The notes under the pieces: model-generated
The model's input: the letters and a program-made list of their open reading frames with translations, nothing else
Told to the model about the DNA's origin: nothing
Databases searched by the model: none
Made by a program: the position numbers and the translations under genes
In this document: piece by piece, positions 12,066 to 23,807 of the stretch
Layout: each line of letters begins with the position of its first letter
Numbering within the stretch: position 1 is the stretch's first letter
From: Craspedostauros australis
Lineage: Eukaryota
DNA length: 31,045 bases
Direction: 5' to 3'
Assembly: GCA_030167865.1 (NCBI GenBank)
Contig: JALAGF010001249.1
Span: 62,001-93,045, forward strand

Positions 12066-12442
12066 CTAGACACACAGACAGGCACATACATGCACACACA
12101 CAGAAGGAAGTGGAGAAGTATAGAGTAACATAACGCCACCCTATAGAAGCTTCAACTGGTGCACAGAATGGAGTTGATCAATATCACGCATGATAGTCCC
12201 CAGCGTTGCTACTGTCGCCGACGAGTGTCTACGTCGTGATCGTATCGGTGACATCATCGAGGTAGAAGAGCCATGCAAGTGACCGAGGAACATTAGATGC
12301 CTTGTCAGGGAGTACCTGGTTCTCAGACGATCTTCGCAATCATAGTGCAGCAAATCAGAGCATGTCATGCAAGGAATGGAGCGCCCGCTTCTGTCAATGC
12401 ATAGGTACATCCATACATGCGGACGATCTACTATTACTGTCA

Positions 12443-12444
<2 letters not shown>

Positions 12445-12477
<33 letters not shown>
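12445..12477. repeat. (TC)n microsatellite
   Basis: Direct read, about 16 units. Confidence 0.95.
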
Positions 12478-12479
<2 letters not shown>

Positions 12480-13022
12480 ACCACGACAAGTATACGTACG
12501 AGTATTGGACCAAGCGCTCAGCTCATGGAACGTGAGGAACATTGATTCGATCTGTCTGAGCACAGAACAAGAGGATGGACTTGAACGTGTGGAGAATGTG
12601 AGAGTTCCAAGGACAAATGCGCCGCCGTCATGATCCATACCTTCAATAATGGTGTCACAAGGGTCGGCGTCTTATCCATCCATCCGTACGAATTGGATCA
12701 TGCTCTTCAAGAGCGGCGATGGAGTATGGTAATACTACATGAGTACGATCAGGTGTATTTGGAGAAGAACTTGTTGGGTTGTGTTCAGAGAGAGAGAGAA
12801 TTGTGACCTGATGCGGAGAATCTGGAACGTGTTCTGGCGGGAATGATGCCAATCTGCTTCAACAGACGTCATCATCAACAAGGCGCGGAATTTGGCTTCG
12901 TCGCGGTGGGAGAACGTTCGTCATTTGCTTGGTACCCGCATGCATCATCCCATCCCATCACACCGCACCACATCACATCAGACCGGACCGACGCAGGGCA
13001 GTAGCCACCATCTGCCTCCAAG

Positions 13023-13062
13023 CAACCAACCAACCAACCAACCAACCAACCAACCAACCAAC
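13023..13062. repeat. (CAAC)n microsatellite ~100 bp upstream of NAA40
   Basis: Direct read, about 10 units. Confidence 0.95.
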
Positions 13063-13160
13063 AAGAGAGAGGAAGCAGGGACACCAAGGATAACAAGCTG
13101 AAGAGTTACTGAGGCCAACAAGAGCAACTACAGAACACAGGCATTGGCCACCACATCATC

Positions 13161-14174
13161 ATGAAGCGGAGACGAAGGAATGATGATCATGTTGGTGGTA
13201 ATGCTGATGGCGCTGATGCTGACGATGGCGTCAGTGGGGGCGCTCCATCTCCAGGCAGTACCAATGACAATGACAATGTCGATGAAGGTGATGGGAGACG
13301 AGGACCATTGCACCATCGCCCAGATCAGAAGAGACGAAGCGGACCGGATGTGAGAGATACGCCCAACCAAACGAATGATGCAAACAATGATGTCAAACAA
13401 TATGCACATGAAGCCTCCTCATCGCAGGCTGATTCCATCGGTTTCTCGTTCCCCATTACGACAACAAAGGGCAATGGCGACACGGCGATGATGACGATGA
13501 TCCATGCGGTGTACCACGAGAGCATCTCGCACAGCTCTTCTGCTTTGGATCGATGCATGCGGCTGTTTCAGGACAACATGTCTTCCATGTACGAACACAG
13601 CTCGTGGGGATTGGATGTCGATAACAAACGAGCAGAACTCGCTCATGAAGATGCCAAGTACTTGATGGTGCATGCTGTTCCTGGCCATCGCAGAACGAGT
13701 GGTCCTGATGACGGATCCATCGATGCATCTCTAGGCAAAAGCAACGACAATAACACCAGCACCAGCACAAGCACAGAAACTGGTGAATTCGTTGGCTTCT
13801 GCCACTTCCGGTTGGAACCAGAGGACGACGACGATCGCCGCAATTCGGAGACGGTGCTATACATCTACGAACTCCAGTTATCCTCCCAGTTCCAGGGCAA
13901 TCGCATCGGGCAACGCATCATGGAGCATCTGGAGACCGTCGTTGCGAAGAACGTGTTTGGCGTCAACAAGCTCATGCTCACCGTGTTCCAGCACAATCCG
14001 TCGGCCGTGCGCTTTTACAAGCAGAAGCTGGGATACAGCGTGCACTATCGTGGCGATGATTACGAAATCCTTAGCAAGACCATCAACGCCCCGCGATGTA
14101 AACGGCGCCGACATCTGCAACGGCAAGATACGAACGAATCAAAGTCAGCATCATCGAACTGCGTGTTGAATTAG
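13161..14174 (+). CDS. NAA40: N-alpha-acetyltransferase 40 (NatD/Nat4)-like GNAT acetyltransferase
   Basis: NMSSMYEHSSWG..NKRAEL.HEDAKYL, FVGFCHFRLE, VLYIYELQL..QFQGNRIG and KLMLTVFQHNPSAVRFYK.KLGY match the NAA40 family (histone H4/H2A N-terminal acetyltransferase). The N-terminal ~100 aa are disordered and the start codon is uncertain. Confidence 0.82.
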   Translation: MKRRRRNDDHVGGNADGADADDGVSGGAPSPGSTNDNDNVDEGDGRRGPLHHRPDQKRRSGPDVRDTPNQTNDANNDVKQYAHEASSSQADSIGFSFPITTTKGNGDTAMMTMIHAVYHESISHSSSALDRCMRLFQDNMSSMYEHSSWGLDVDNKRAELAHEDAKYLMVHAVPGHRRTSGPDDGSIDASLGKSNDNNTSTSTSTETGEFVGFCHFRLEPEDDDDRRNSETVLYIYELQLSSQFQGNRIGQRIMEHLETVVAKNVFGVNKLMLTVFQHNPSAVRFYKQKLGYSVHYRGDDYEILSKTINAPRCKRRRHLQRQDTNESKSASSNCVLN

Positions 14175-15484
14175 AGCGGGTTCAAGTAGAGCAATCCAGC
14201 GCAGATTGTGTAGTTATTGAACCCAATATAAGTAGAGACCAATAATGTTGTTGAGCAATATCATCAGCACAGAAGAATAGGAGGTATTATTATACTCTTC
14301 TATTCTCAACGATGCTCCAAAACGTGAACATCTCTACATTTGTTTCTTCCAGCCTCATGTCCCAAACGTGTTTTGTTTCGTTTTGAGATCGTGTTGATGG
14401 TATTCGATACTATTGAATGGGATTCAATTGGGGTATGCGGTAATGATATAATATAGAGTCAGTATTCCTCGGATTTGTTTGATGGCCAGACTGAATATGT
14501 GACAAATAGTAAGCGCATCAAGGGATTGGAAACTAGAGAATCGGTAGCTTCCGCTTTTGTCCATAGATCGTACGTGTTGCAATGCCCGAACATAGTCCTT
14601 GATCTCTTTCCGCCAGAGGTGTTTGTTACGTGATTGAGGATGCATTTCAAATGTCGTTCCCTCCGAAGGTCCTTTCTCTACACTACGTGCACTTCCATGT
14701 GTTGGGAGAAGAATCAACGCGCACACAACAGGGGAGACGACGCTCATGCGATTGTAGAAGCAGGTTCCAGCACAAAACGAAAACGAAAACGAAAGCGAAA
14801 TGAAACGAAGGCATCCCTGGCCACTGCCGCTTCAGGGACACATCTGGAAGTTGGTCAAGGACGTGGAGTGGAGTGGAGTGGAGCGGAGGGAAGGGAAGGA
14901 AAGGAGGGAGGGATGCTGTGCGAAAACGCTCGTTCAGCGCCTCCTGAAGAAGCAAGGCTTTGGAAGCGTTGGTTGAAGGCGTTGAATCTGGTGACGGGGA
15001 AATGACTGACAGAACAGTACCTAAGATGCGAGCGGTGTTCGGTTATTCTGATGAGTTGCACCACGTCAGACCCAAATGACCCAAATGAGGGGTTATTCAT
15101 CCGTCATTGCGTCGCTGATTATTTCCATTGTACTGAACACAAACTCTGCCACGTCGGCCAAAGGAGAAAGGCGGCGAGCCACAGAATGTGAGCATTTCTG
15201 GACGCTTTTTGCGTTGCGCGTCAGCACAGCAACACGAGACGCGCTGCGGTGAGTGTCTTGTCTTGGATGGGAAAGGCGCTGGTGGCAACGGCGAAGAGGA
15301 TCGACGTTGTTCGTGGTGTGGATTGGTGGTTGTGTGGCTGACGTCGCCGACCGTTGTCGTTGTTGTGGTTTGTCGCTGTGTTCTGTTGCTCGCGGCCGAA
15401 ACGGGGACACCATGGCTTGCTTTGCACGATAGCCAAATCACATGCAGAACAACCCCAATAAACACAAAACGCAAACGAATCGAC

Positions 15485-15516
15485 CAAAGGCAACACAAAG
15501 GCAACACAAAGGCAAC
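15485..15516. repeat. 11-bp tandem repeat (CAAAGGCAACA) x~3
   Basis: Direct read, upstream of ankyrin paralog B. Confidence 0.85.
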
Positions 15517-15991
15517 CAACCACAACTAATCGTAACGTACTCGCCTTGCAAGGCACAGCAGCACCCTCCGTCACAACCCGCCGAACGTTGCGAGAAGCGA
15601 AGAGACTCCGTGGGACATCCACCCCGTCATCTCATAACAGTCACTACAACCACCACTGCAACCACCTCAGCAGACCAAAGCGATCCGGTCCCGACTTGAT
15701 CGTCACTTCGTATCATCACACGTTTGCTTGTTAGGCAACACAAAGTATCAACGGGCCCACACGAGTGTTTCATTCCATCATCCCACAAAACAACGCAAGC
15801 CCTGCTTCAGACTCTGACCTCGATCGTTCCATCTGCCACATCGACGATCAACGCATCACCAGAACACATCAAAAGAGCATCAAGAGGAGCACCAAGAAGA
15901 GAGAAAGAGTTCATAAACCAGCAACACTCATATTATATTCTACTACACATTGTACCTGAGACCAATACAACACAATCCAATACAGATCAAC

Positions 15992-17446
15992 ATGACGAAC
16001 CCACGCATCCCGGTATCGCTGCAGCACGTGTTCGTGGCCTCCCAAAGCGGCAAGGAGGTGACGGACGCCCCGCGCCAAGGCATGGGCTTCAAGATGTTCA
16101 GCCGCGGCATCGCCAAGACCCTCGGAGGCGGCCGAAGCCGTCGCAAGACCGCAACGGCCGCGCCCACAGTCTCCGGACTCAATGCGGACCGCGGTGCCCC
16201 GCCTCGCGAGACTGCCGCCGATGCTTCGCGCAAGGCGATGAAGAAGAAGAACAAGAACGCCACGAGCGATCCCTATCGCAAGGTATGCTGTACTATTGGC
16301 TGCTTCTGTTGTTGTGCATTCACTGCTCGATGGTTCATTGCCTGATCGTCCATTGCTTGATGGTTCTATGTTGATTGCTGATCTTCAAGGTTCTTCACAT
16401 CATTTCCCATTCTCTCACGCTGATGCAAATATTATGCAACACAAACTCATCCATTCATGCCCGATTGCATTCTCTTTCCAACCAACACCAACACCACCTC
16501 CAATCTCTATCATCAACATAAACAACATCATCAACAACAACAATAGGCACAAGAAGCACAATCTCCACAGGCATTCCTTGATAAGGCGCTGAGGGAGCGG
16601 GGCTACTCCACACGCAAATTCTGCAGCTTGGAAGGCGGGTACTACTGCAGACCAACAGCACTGCAGCAGGCCAGCTACGGCTGCCGATTGAGCCAGGCGG
16701 TGCGCTCCTCCGATGCCACCCTCCTCAGACGGCTGCTGGACTCGGGACTCTCCCCCAACCCGTGCAACAACTTCGGTGAATCCCTCGTGCACATGACGTG
16801 CCGCCGAGGAGACCACAAGCTCCTCAGAGTCATGCTGGAATCCGGCTGCTCGCTGCAGGTCACGGACGACTACGGCAGAACCCCGTTGCACGATGCCTGC
16901 TGGAAGGCCGACCCATCCTTCGAGACCGTGCAGCTCATCCTCGACACGGACAAGAACCTCCTCAACCTCATGGACTGCCGCGGCTCGTCGCCGCTCTCCT
17001 ACGTCAGCAAGGACAAGTACAGCACCTGGATCCAGTTCCTCGCCGCCAAGCTCGATCGGTTCTGGCCGCAGCGCGACATGGCCACGGAAGGCGAGGAGCG
17101 TCCGCCCGCCCTGGCCCTGCGACCACCGCACTCCATGCCAATCCAGGACCCCGTCAATGCGCTGCCGCTGGAGGTCGCCGCCATGGTGTCCAACGGCCGC
17201 ATCCAGCCCGAGGAGGCGCTCTACCTCGACGACTCCGATGACAGCTCCTACGACAGCGAGGATGACAGCGACGGCAGCTTCTCCGACGACAGCGAGTACG
17301 ATGATTACTCCGATGATGATTCCGAATTTGATCAGGCGGAGATGGCGGAGATATGTCTGCGCGCCGGTGGTCCCATGGCCATCGCGCAACGGTGCTTCGG
17401 CAACAAGAACGGCATGCCGGTGTCGCGCAATCAGAAGGTTGCCTAA
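15992..17446 (+). CDS. Ankyrin-repeat protein, paralog B. Exons 15992-16282 and 16547-17446, ~396 aa
   Basis: ATG at 15992 (MTNPRIPVSLQ...). AAG|GTATGC donor and AATAG|GCA acceptor give ...DPYRK-AQEAQSPQAFLDKALRERGYS. Ankyrin motifs GESLVHMTCRRG, GRTPLHDACW and GSSPLSYV; acidic tail; collinear with paralog A. Confidence 0.88.
16283..16546 (+). other. Spliceosomal intron (264 bp, phase 0) of ankyrin paralog B
   Basis: GTATGC donor and TAG acceptor. An alternative in-frame CAG ends at 16570, but using it would delete the SPQ that aligns with NPQ in paralog A. Confidence 0.75.
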
Positions 17447-17799
17447 GTGTTGGTATTCTTGCGGCGTCGCACCTTGCCGTGTTGAGCTGCACTATGCTGT
17501 GCAAGAGCAACTGCGTTCGAGGACGGCAGAGTTTCACAGAGTGATCTCATTCATCCACGACAACGAAGACGATGATGATGGCTGAGATCACCACAATTGA
17601 TGCAAAGGTGTCACATGATACTCTCTTTCTCCAGGAACACTTGTGGCATTGCTATCTCAGCAATCCGCACGGAACGAACGAACAAAACACAAAGGAACAT
17701 GACAGAGCAGCGAGGAACCGCACAAACAACATCTGTTTGCGCAACGTGATCGCATTGCGCCCACACACACACACACACACTCTCCCAATCCATTCATCA

Positions 17800-19150
17800 A
17801 TCCTTTCGTCTCCATCGTCAGACAGCCACAACTCCAACCTACGCCAATTGAACGTTGGCACTATCACGGTTGAGAGTGAACTGTTTGACACTAGCATCAC
17901 ACAAAGGATTGATTGGGGGGTGTGGCGCAATCATCATTCTCCCGCTGTTCTGCGATGCAATACGCATGTACCTATGGAAATACATCGTTGCCATCATCAT
18001 CTCATTCGTTCCAAACTCCTGAGACACTCGAACGCTCCACTGATTGGCATGGCTGCTGATGCGGCGGCAGGAGGGGTACTCTTACCAATACTATTCCACC
18101 ATCCTCTGCTATCCGCGACACGAATACGCATACTCCATGGAAGCACAACCAAGCCAGCCCAAATGCAACAATCCAAATCCAATTGCGACACAGCACAAAC
18201 CTGTACATATGTGAACGATGAAATTCCTCGTCAATGTAACAATAGAAACAAATGAACGAACAAACAAACACGTGAATGACCGACGCACTCATCTGTGTTC
18301 TTCCTTCCTTCAGTATTGGTAGAGAGGAACGCCATTATCACATCTCAGATCGATGAGCCGATAGGTTCACGATTGCATGTCTGCCACGTTCATGGAAGCA
18401 TGGACTGAACAATACGAATAGTACTGTATCGGTGGTGTGTGGAGTGGTATCAGCATTGTGTGGTACCATCCTGGTGTGAAGCGCGGTGCTCGATAACTGA
18501 GAGATATGCATCACCCCCAAGGCATCGACAACACTCTCTGGAGCGTTTGACTCCATTCTGCCATCTGCGTCTGCATCGTTCCCTCCTGTGCCATTCGTCC
18601 GAGTATGCGTCGCAACGTGCTGCCATGGTCTCAGCGTTGAACGATGCGGAATGCAAATGGCATGGTCGAAGCAATTGGCAGCACATCCTCCCACTCTGCA
18701 TACTGCGCATGAAGCAGATTTGACTTGCATCTGAGTGGTTGCGATGGAATCGAATGGATTGGTTTCAAGAGAGTGCGTGAAGAGGGAGAATCGCTGATGG
18801 TGAAGTCTCATTCATGCCGTCTTCTCCATCTCGCAACTTGTGGTGCGCGCGCAATGGGGTGATCGAAGCAATCACAACCTGCGTCCGGTCACATGCCCAT
18901 CGCCTCCCATTTGGAGACCCACACCGGAAGATGCCATTCCGCAGCAAGAGATTGCGAGACTCTTCATCTGTCGACAGATTGCTTGCCGCAGCATCGAGGT
19001 CGCCAAAAGAATTTGTGGAGGAAGATCACGATCAATGCAGATGGGAGGAACATGTCCATGGATGGGGCAAAACAACGGCACATGCGGAGCCACCATCTGA
19101 TCTCGGCAGCTGATCCCCCACCGGTTGGAGTAGGTATGGCTTGGCGCCAC
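17800..19150 (-). mobile_element. Highly decayed LINE ORF2 3' remnant (RNase H end, CCHC knuckle, C-terminus)
   Basis: Collinear fragments SHLH...FGDLDAAASNLSTDEES (like H.D...L...A.LN..AD), SASCAVC...FDHAICIPHRSTLRPW (CCHC-like), SQLDLDCCIWAGLVVLPW, VWNE and RRLELWL. Many stops and frameshifts; boundaries approximate. Confidence 0.45.
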
Positions 19151-20311
19151 ATGGCGCGCACATGGTTGTTCGAAGGAGCATCATGCTCCCTTGGTTGGCA
19201 TGCAACTGATACAACGAGCTACTATACTCTGTTCTCCTCTGCTCCATTCGGAGTATGAGCGTACTTCGTTTGTGGAGGTCCTTTGAGCGCAAGGAAGACG
19301 AAGCAAAGAACGCGGAAGGAAGCAAAGAACATGGGGCGCCGAAGGGAAGGAAGGTAGAAGAAATAGGGTACCTGTGTGTCTCGCATGCATTGCATGCATT
19401 GATAACTTCGAGGGCGACCACCGATCCGTGAAACCAGGTGGGCGCACATGGGTGAGGATGATGATGACGCTGTTCCGCCCAGAGAAGATGTTGGCCTGAT
19501 CGTTCCTTGCCACACACAAACACACACACTCTCTCTTCTTGTCTGCTTGTCTGCGTGACTGCTCGATGATGGATCGCGCTTTTGGTTGCGTTTGTGTTGG
19601 TGTTGGGAATTTGTGACCATCTGTTCCGCATCAGCGACATGATCTTTCGCCTTTGTTCTCCTTCTTGGCATCACGCGCTAACCCATAGTTGCAATCCGTG
19701 CCATGTTTTTCTTTTGCACGGCACCATAAATACAAGTCTGTTCTTTGACGGTCTCGACATGCTCCAGCAAGCTGCCCAAGTTGAACGAAATCCAAATGAT
19801 GTGCGATTATTTTAGCTATGTTCGCCACAGAGTGATGCAGATGTGGCGAAGTCATTTTGGTTGGCTGTGCTGGTCATTTGGAGCACAGGGCTGAGCCTTC
19901 TCTGGGAGCGTGGAACTTCTGCTGAATCATCCCGACAGAGCGTGGGCGAACACGAAAACACGGCGAGTGACAGGTTTCGTGTCAACCCCATTGAAGCTGC
20001 GCGCATGGGAACGCGAGAACAGGGAGCATCTGCCGCATGCACGAACACAGCCACCGTTATTCAGAACAGAGAGGCTGAAGAAGAAGCGCTCTTCAGTCGG
20101 AACCCCAACGAAAGGAGAGACACAACCGAGACTACGAGCATCAACCACGAACACGAACACAACCAGTGGGAGCACCGCACCAACGACAGACCATCAGATA
20201 AAAGACTTGCTGCAACTCCTGCCGCCAATCTCTGTCTTTGAACGTCCGCTTCGGTAGCAACTATCGCGGTAACGACGACGGCGACGCCATCACCAATCTC
20301 ATCATCACAGC

Positions 20312-20530
20312 CGCAACAGTCGCAACAGTCGCAACAGTCGCAACAAATAACCCGCACAACAGATACAACAGATACGGTAGATACAGCCGGATACGGTAGA
20401 GGCAACAACCTCCCTCCCAAAACTCCTTCCTCCCTTCTCTCTTCTGTCTTCGCAAAGAGAGACTGATGCCGTGAGAGGATACCACCTCACATCGTATCAG
20501 GCATCACATCAGGCATCACATCAGGCATCA
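20312..20530. repeat. Cluster of short tandem repeats upstream of AUREO1a: (CGCAACAGT)x3+, degenerate AGATAC-containing units, (ATCAGGCATCAC)x~3
   Basis: Direct read. Confidence 0.85.
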
Positions 20531-20610
20531 AAGCAACCAACCATAATTTGAGACTCCTGAAAGCATCACCAAGAAGCAGAATTGGTAGCACAGCAGATCG
20601 AAGACCAAGA

Positions 20611-20640
20611 AACGTCAAGCAACGTCAAGCAACGTCAAGC
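20611..20640. promoter_or_regulatory. (AACGTCAAGC)x3, i.e. three TGACGT aureochrome/bZIP-type sites on the - strand upstream of AUREO1a
   Basis: ACGTCA at 20612, 20622 and 20632 is the reverse complement of TGACGT, the site reported for aureochrome bZIP domains. It lies 80-110 bp before the ATG. The repeat is certain; the function is inferred. Confidence 0.5.
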
Positions 20641-20719
20641 AACAGCAACAGCAACATCAAGCAACAGCAGACACGAAAGATCTGATCATCAGAACCCCCA
20701 AAGGCCCAAAGCCAGAACC

Positions 20720-22338
20720 ATGTCAGGCGTACCAACCTTCTCCACGGACCTGTCCGGCCCCACAGCGGCTGCCGTCGCTCAGCGCGGAACCCCAGCCACC
20801 CTGAACCTCGACGACATCTTCGGCGATGTGATGTTCACACCAGACGGAGACACCGTCTTCATGAGCGAGGATGGAGCCCAGGGCACCGTCCTCAACTCTG
20901 GCGAACGCGAGGTCTCCACCATGGCCCGCAAGCGCAACGGCGATCGCTACATCGCGGTGCAGCGCGGAGGAGGTGTGCAGACCACCCAGCTGCTGGACAA
21001 CACCAAGCCATCCCTGGTCATGGGAACCGCCGACGGCGCAGGCCCAACGCAGTCCGTGCCGTTCCGCAAGGCTCCGCAGCAGCGTCACCATCTCCAGTAC
21101 GCCATGCCCAAGAAGAAGTCCTCCCGTTCCTCCGATCGCAAGATGAGCGAGGCGCAGAAGAACGAGCGCCGGTAAGTCACGCTGTTGTGCTGCTGCATCG
21201 CTGTTATCTATTATACTGTCTATCATGCATCATGTGCCATTTGTCATGTATCATGTGGCAGCTGTTCTTTGGTGTCAGGTTGCGGATTGGGGTAGGATGG
21301 AGTGGAATGCTCTGGGCTGGCAAGCTCTGGACTAGACTGGACTGGACTGGACTGGAGTGCCACAAAGTCACAAGATCCATGACTCTCTCTTGCTTCATGT
21401 CCCGTGTTCCTGTTTCATGTCAGATGGGAAGGCACACCAAAGCAAAGATGAATGCTGTTGATGATCAGTCATCCATGTGCACACCCCACCCTGGCTCATT
21501 GCAATCCACGCAGGCTGCATCGAACTGACCAATGAATCGATGACTCGATGACTCAATTCCGATACGTTTTCTCATCTCCTTGCTTCACCAATCGACGATG
21601 CCCGATCATGATACTCCCGCAACAACCATCCACATCAATCATCTGTGCCCAACCATCTGTACACAACCATCCTCATGCAACCACAGCGAACGCAACCGTG
21701 AACACGCCAAGCGATCCCGCATCCGCAAAAAGTTCCTGTTGGAGTCCCTCCAGCAGAGCGTCGCCCTCCTCAAGGAAGAGAACGAGAAGCTCCGTGGCTC
21801 CATCCGTGACCACCTCGGCGACGGAGAGGCCCAGCGCCTCCTCGCCAAGCCAGGCACAGAGGCCGCACCAGACGCCGCCCTCATCGCCGCCTCCCAGGGC
21901 GCCGCCAACAAGGTCCTCGATGACCCGGACTTCAGCTTCATCAAGGCCCTCCAGACGGCGCAGCAGAACTTCGTCGTCACCGACCCATCCCTCCCAGACA
22001 ACCCAATCGTCTACGCCTCCCAGGGTTTCCTCAACCTCACCGGATACTCGCTGGACCAGATCCTCGGACGTAACTGCCGCTTCCTCCAGGGTCCAGAAAC
22101 CGATCCAAAGGCCGTGGAGCGCATCCGCCACGCCATCGAGCAGGGAAACGACCTCAGTGTGTGTCTGCTCAACTACCGTGTCGACGGAACCACATTCTGG
22201 AACCAGTTCTTCATCGCCGCTCTCCGAGATGCCGCTGGAAACATCACCAACTTTGTCGGTGTCCAGTGCAAGGTCAGCGACCAGTACGCCGCTTCCGTTA
22301 CCAAGCAGCAAGAAGAGGAAGAAGACCAGCCCGAGTAA
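20720..22338 (+). CDS. AUREO1a: Aureochrome 1a, blue-light-regulated bZIP-LOV transcription factor. Exons 20720-21171 and 21687-22338, 367 aa
   Basis: Spliced bZIP KMSEAQKNERR-ERNREHAKRSRIRKKFLLESLQ followed by a LOV domain (NFVVTDPSLPDNPIVYASQGF...GRNCRFLQG with the photoactive Cys). The N-terminal PATLNLDDIFGDVMFTPDGDTVFMSE and LNSGEREV blocks match Phaeodactylum AUREO1a as recalled. Confidence 0.96.
21172..21686 (+). other. Spliceosomal intron (515 bp, phase 2) inside the bZIP basic region of AUREO1a
   Basis: CG|GTAAGT...CCACAG|C restores an Arg codon and the ERRERNREH motif. Contains a (CTGGA)n repeat at ~21327-21356. Confidence 0.92.
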
Positions 22339-23807
22339 GCTTGCTGCTCCGCCTTTTGTGCTCTCCACCTCGTCGTCGTCTTCGCCATCGTTGGGTCATT
22401 GTCGTTATTATCGTCATCGTCACAGTCACAGTCGCGGTCGCACCAAGCTTCGACTGTGACGGTGATGACAATGACGATGATGACGCCGTGATTGGCCACA
22501 TCCACCACGATGCATCTTCCCCCACCACCACCTCCCACCCGCACGCGGTCGAATCCCTTTCGATTGCGACTCGCTTCGCCTTTCGCATATCCACGATGTA
22601 TTGGCGACGCGATCATGTGTGCGGAATGGGGAAATCAGTCCTCTCGCGTCCGATTCTCAATCTTTTCCATCAACCTTGTGATGGATGGGTTGGACGGACG
22701 CGGAGGAAAGGTGAGAGATTCAATGAAACGACGCAATGTGTGTGAGATTATGACCGTCGCACTTTGCTTCACACATTTGAAGCAATGAAATCAACTGAAC
22801 GATGGAGTTCGGCCATCGCACAAGCACAGGACGCACTCCAGTCGATGATGAGGAAGAACACAAGAAAGACACCGCCACCACCAACAAAGCAACAACAACA
22901 ACAACAGCCATACCAACATCACCAAGAAGTCAAAGGGAAGAACGACAGCGCATCAGCAGCGAAAACAAAACATGAAAACAATGTACTCTACAAAGACTAC
23001 GATTCGTATCGATTAGACTTTCACCGAGAATCAATAACAAGCCAAAGAACATATCACCACACGAAACCACAGAGTAAAAAGAAGAAAAACAAAACAAAAA
23101 TTAATTGTAATACATGATGACAACAACAACACCAGCAATGGGGTCGCATGCGCTGTCAGTACTTGTGCATCCAACGTCGTGCTCAGGTGGATGGTAGAGC
23201 GAATCGGATCGGATTAGAGCGAACTGATGTTCCTGTGGGGAACGACGGATCTGAAGTCATCGCAGGCTTATCTGTATCATACAACCACGCAGGGAAGACA
23301 AGTGCCAGTTTGGCAACCTGCGCAGGACGGTGAACAGATCTTTGACTTACGACTGGTGCTCTGCATGCTTGTCTCCATCTGTGTATTTGCATGCTCCTCA
23401 CACAACCTCGTACTGAGCGACTGCATCAAACTATGCTCTTCTATTGGCGTCCTCCTTCCTTTCGCGGTTCACACACCATACCACGCACTTCCAGACGCAG
23501 TGTTGTTTTCATTCTATCTTTCCCAAAGAACTATTCGTCCCTAACGTCATTACTACTAACGCCGCAGCATTCGAAATTGAAGAGTTGAGCATCGCACAAT
23601 ACTCGTACCACGGCAGGTAAGCTGGTCGCATTGTGCTGCGCAGCACTTCCATCTCTACGAGTACGTACAATCCAAGTGGACCCCAGCATAAGAGTTGAGC
23701 AGTATGGTGGCACATTCTCGTGAAGAACAGGATGAACAAGTCCGCAGACCGGTCCACTGACCGACCGATTGAAATGCCCATGACGGCATTCGGCAGACGC
23801 ACCGCGT

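Noticed and set aside
12141-12870. Protein-like - strand fragments between ankyrin A and NAA40
   Set aside because: Interrupted by microsatellites and stops; no family recognisable.
14424-14747. 107-aa - strand ORF in AT-richer DNA
   Set aside because: Possibly a gene fragment, but no identifiable motif or splice structure.
20312-20640. Repeat cluster as a CRISPR-like array
   Set aside because: Units are 9-12 bp, head to tail, with no spacers and no cas genes; the DNA is eukaryotic.
20582-20719. In-frame N-terminal extension of AUREO1a from a TTG
   Set aside because: Non-ATG start running through tandem repeats; similarity to known AUREO1a begins just after the ATG at 20720.
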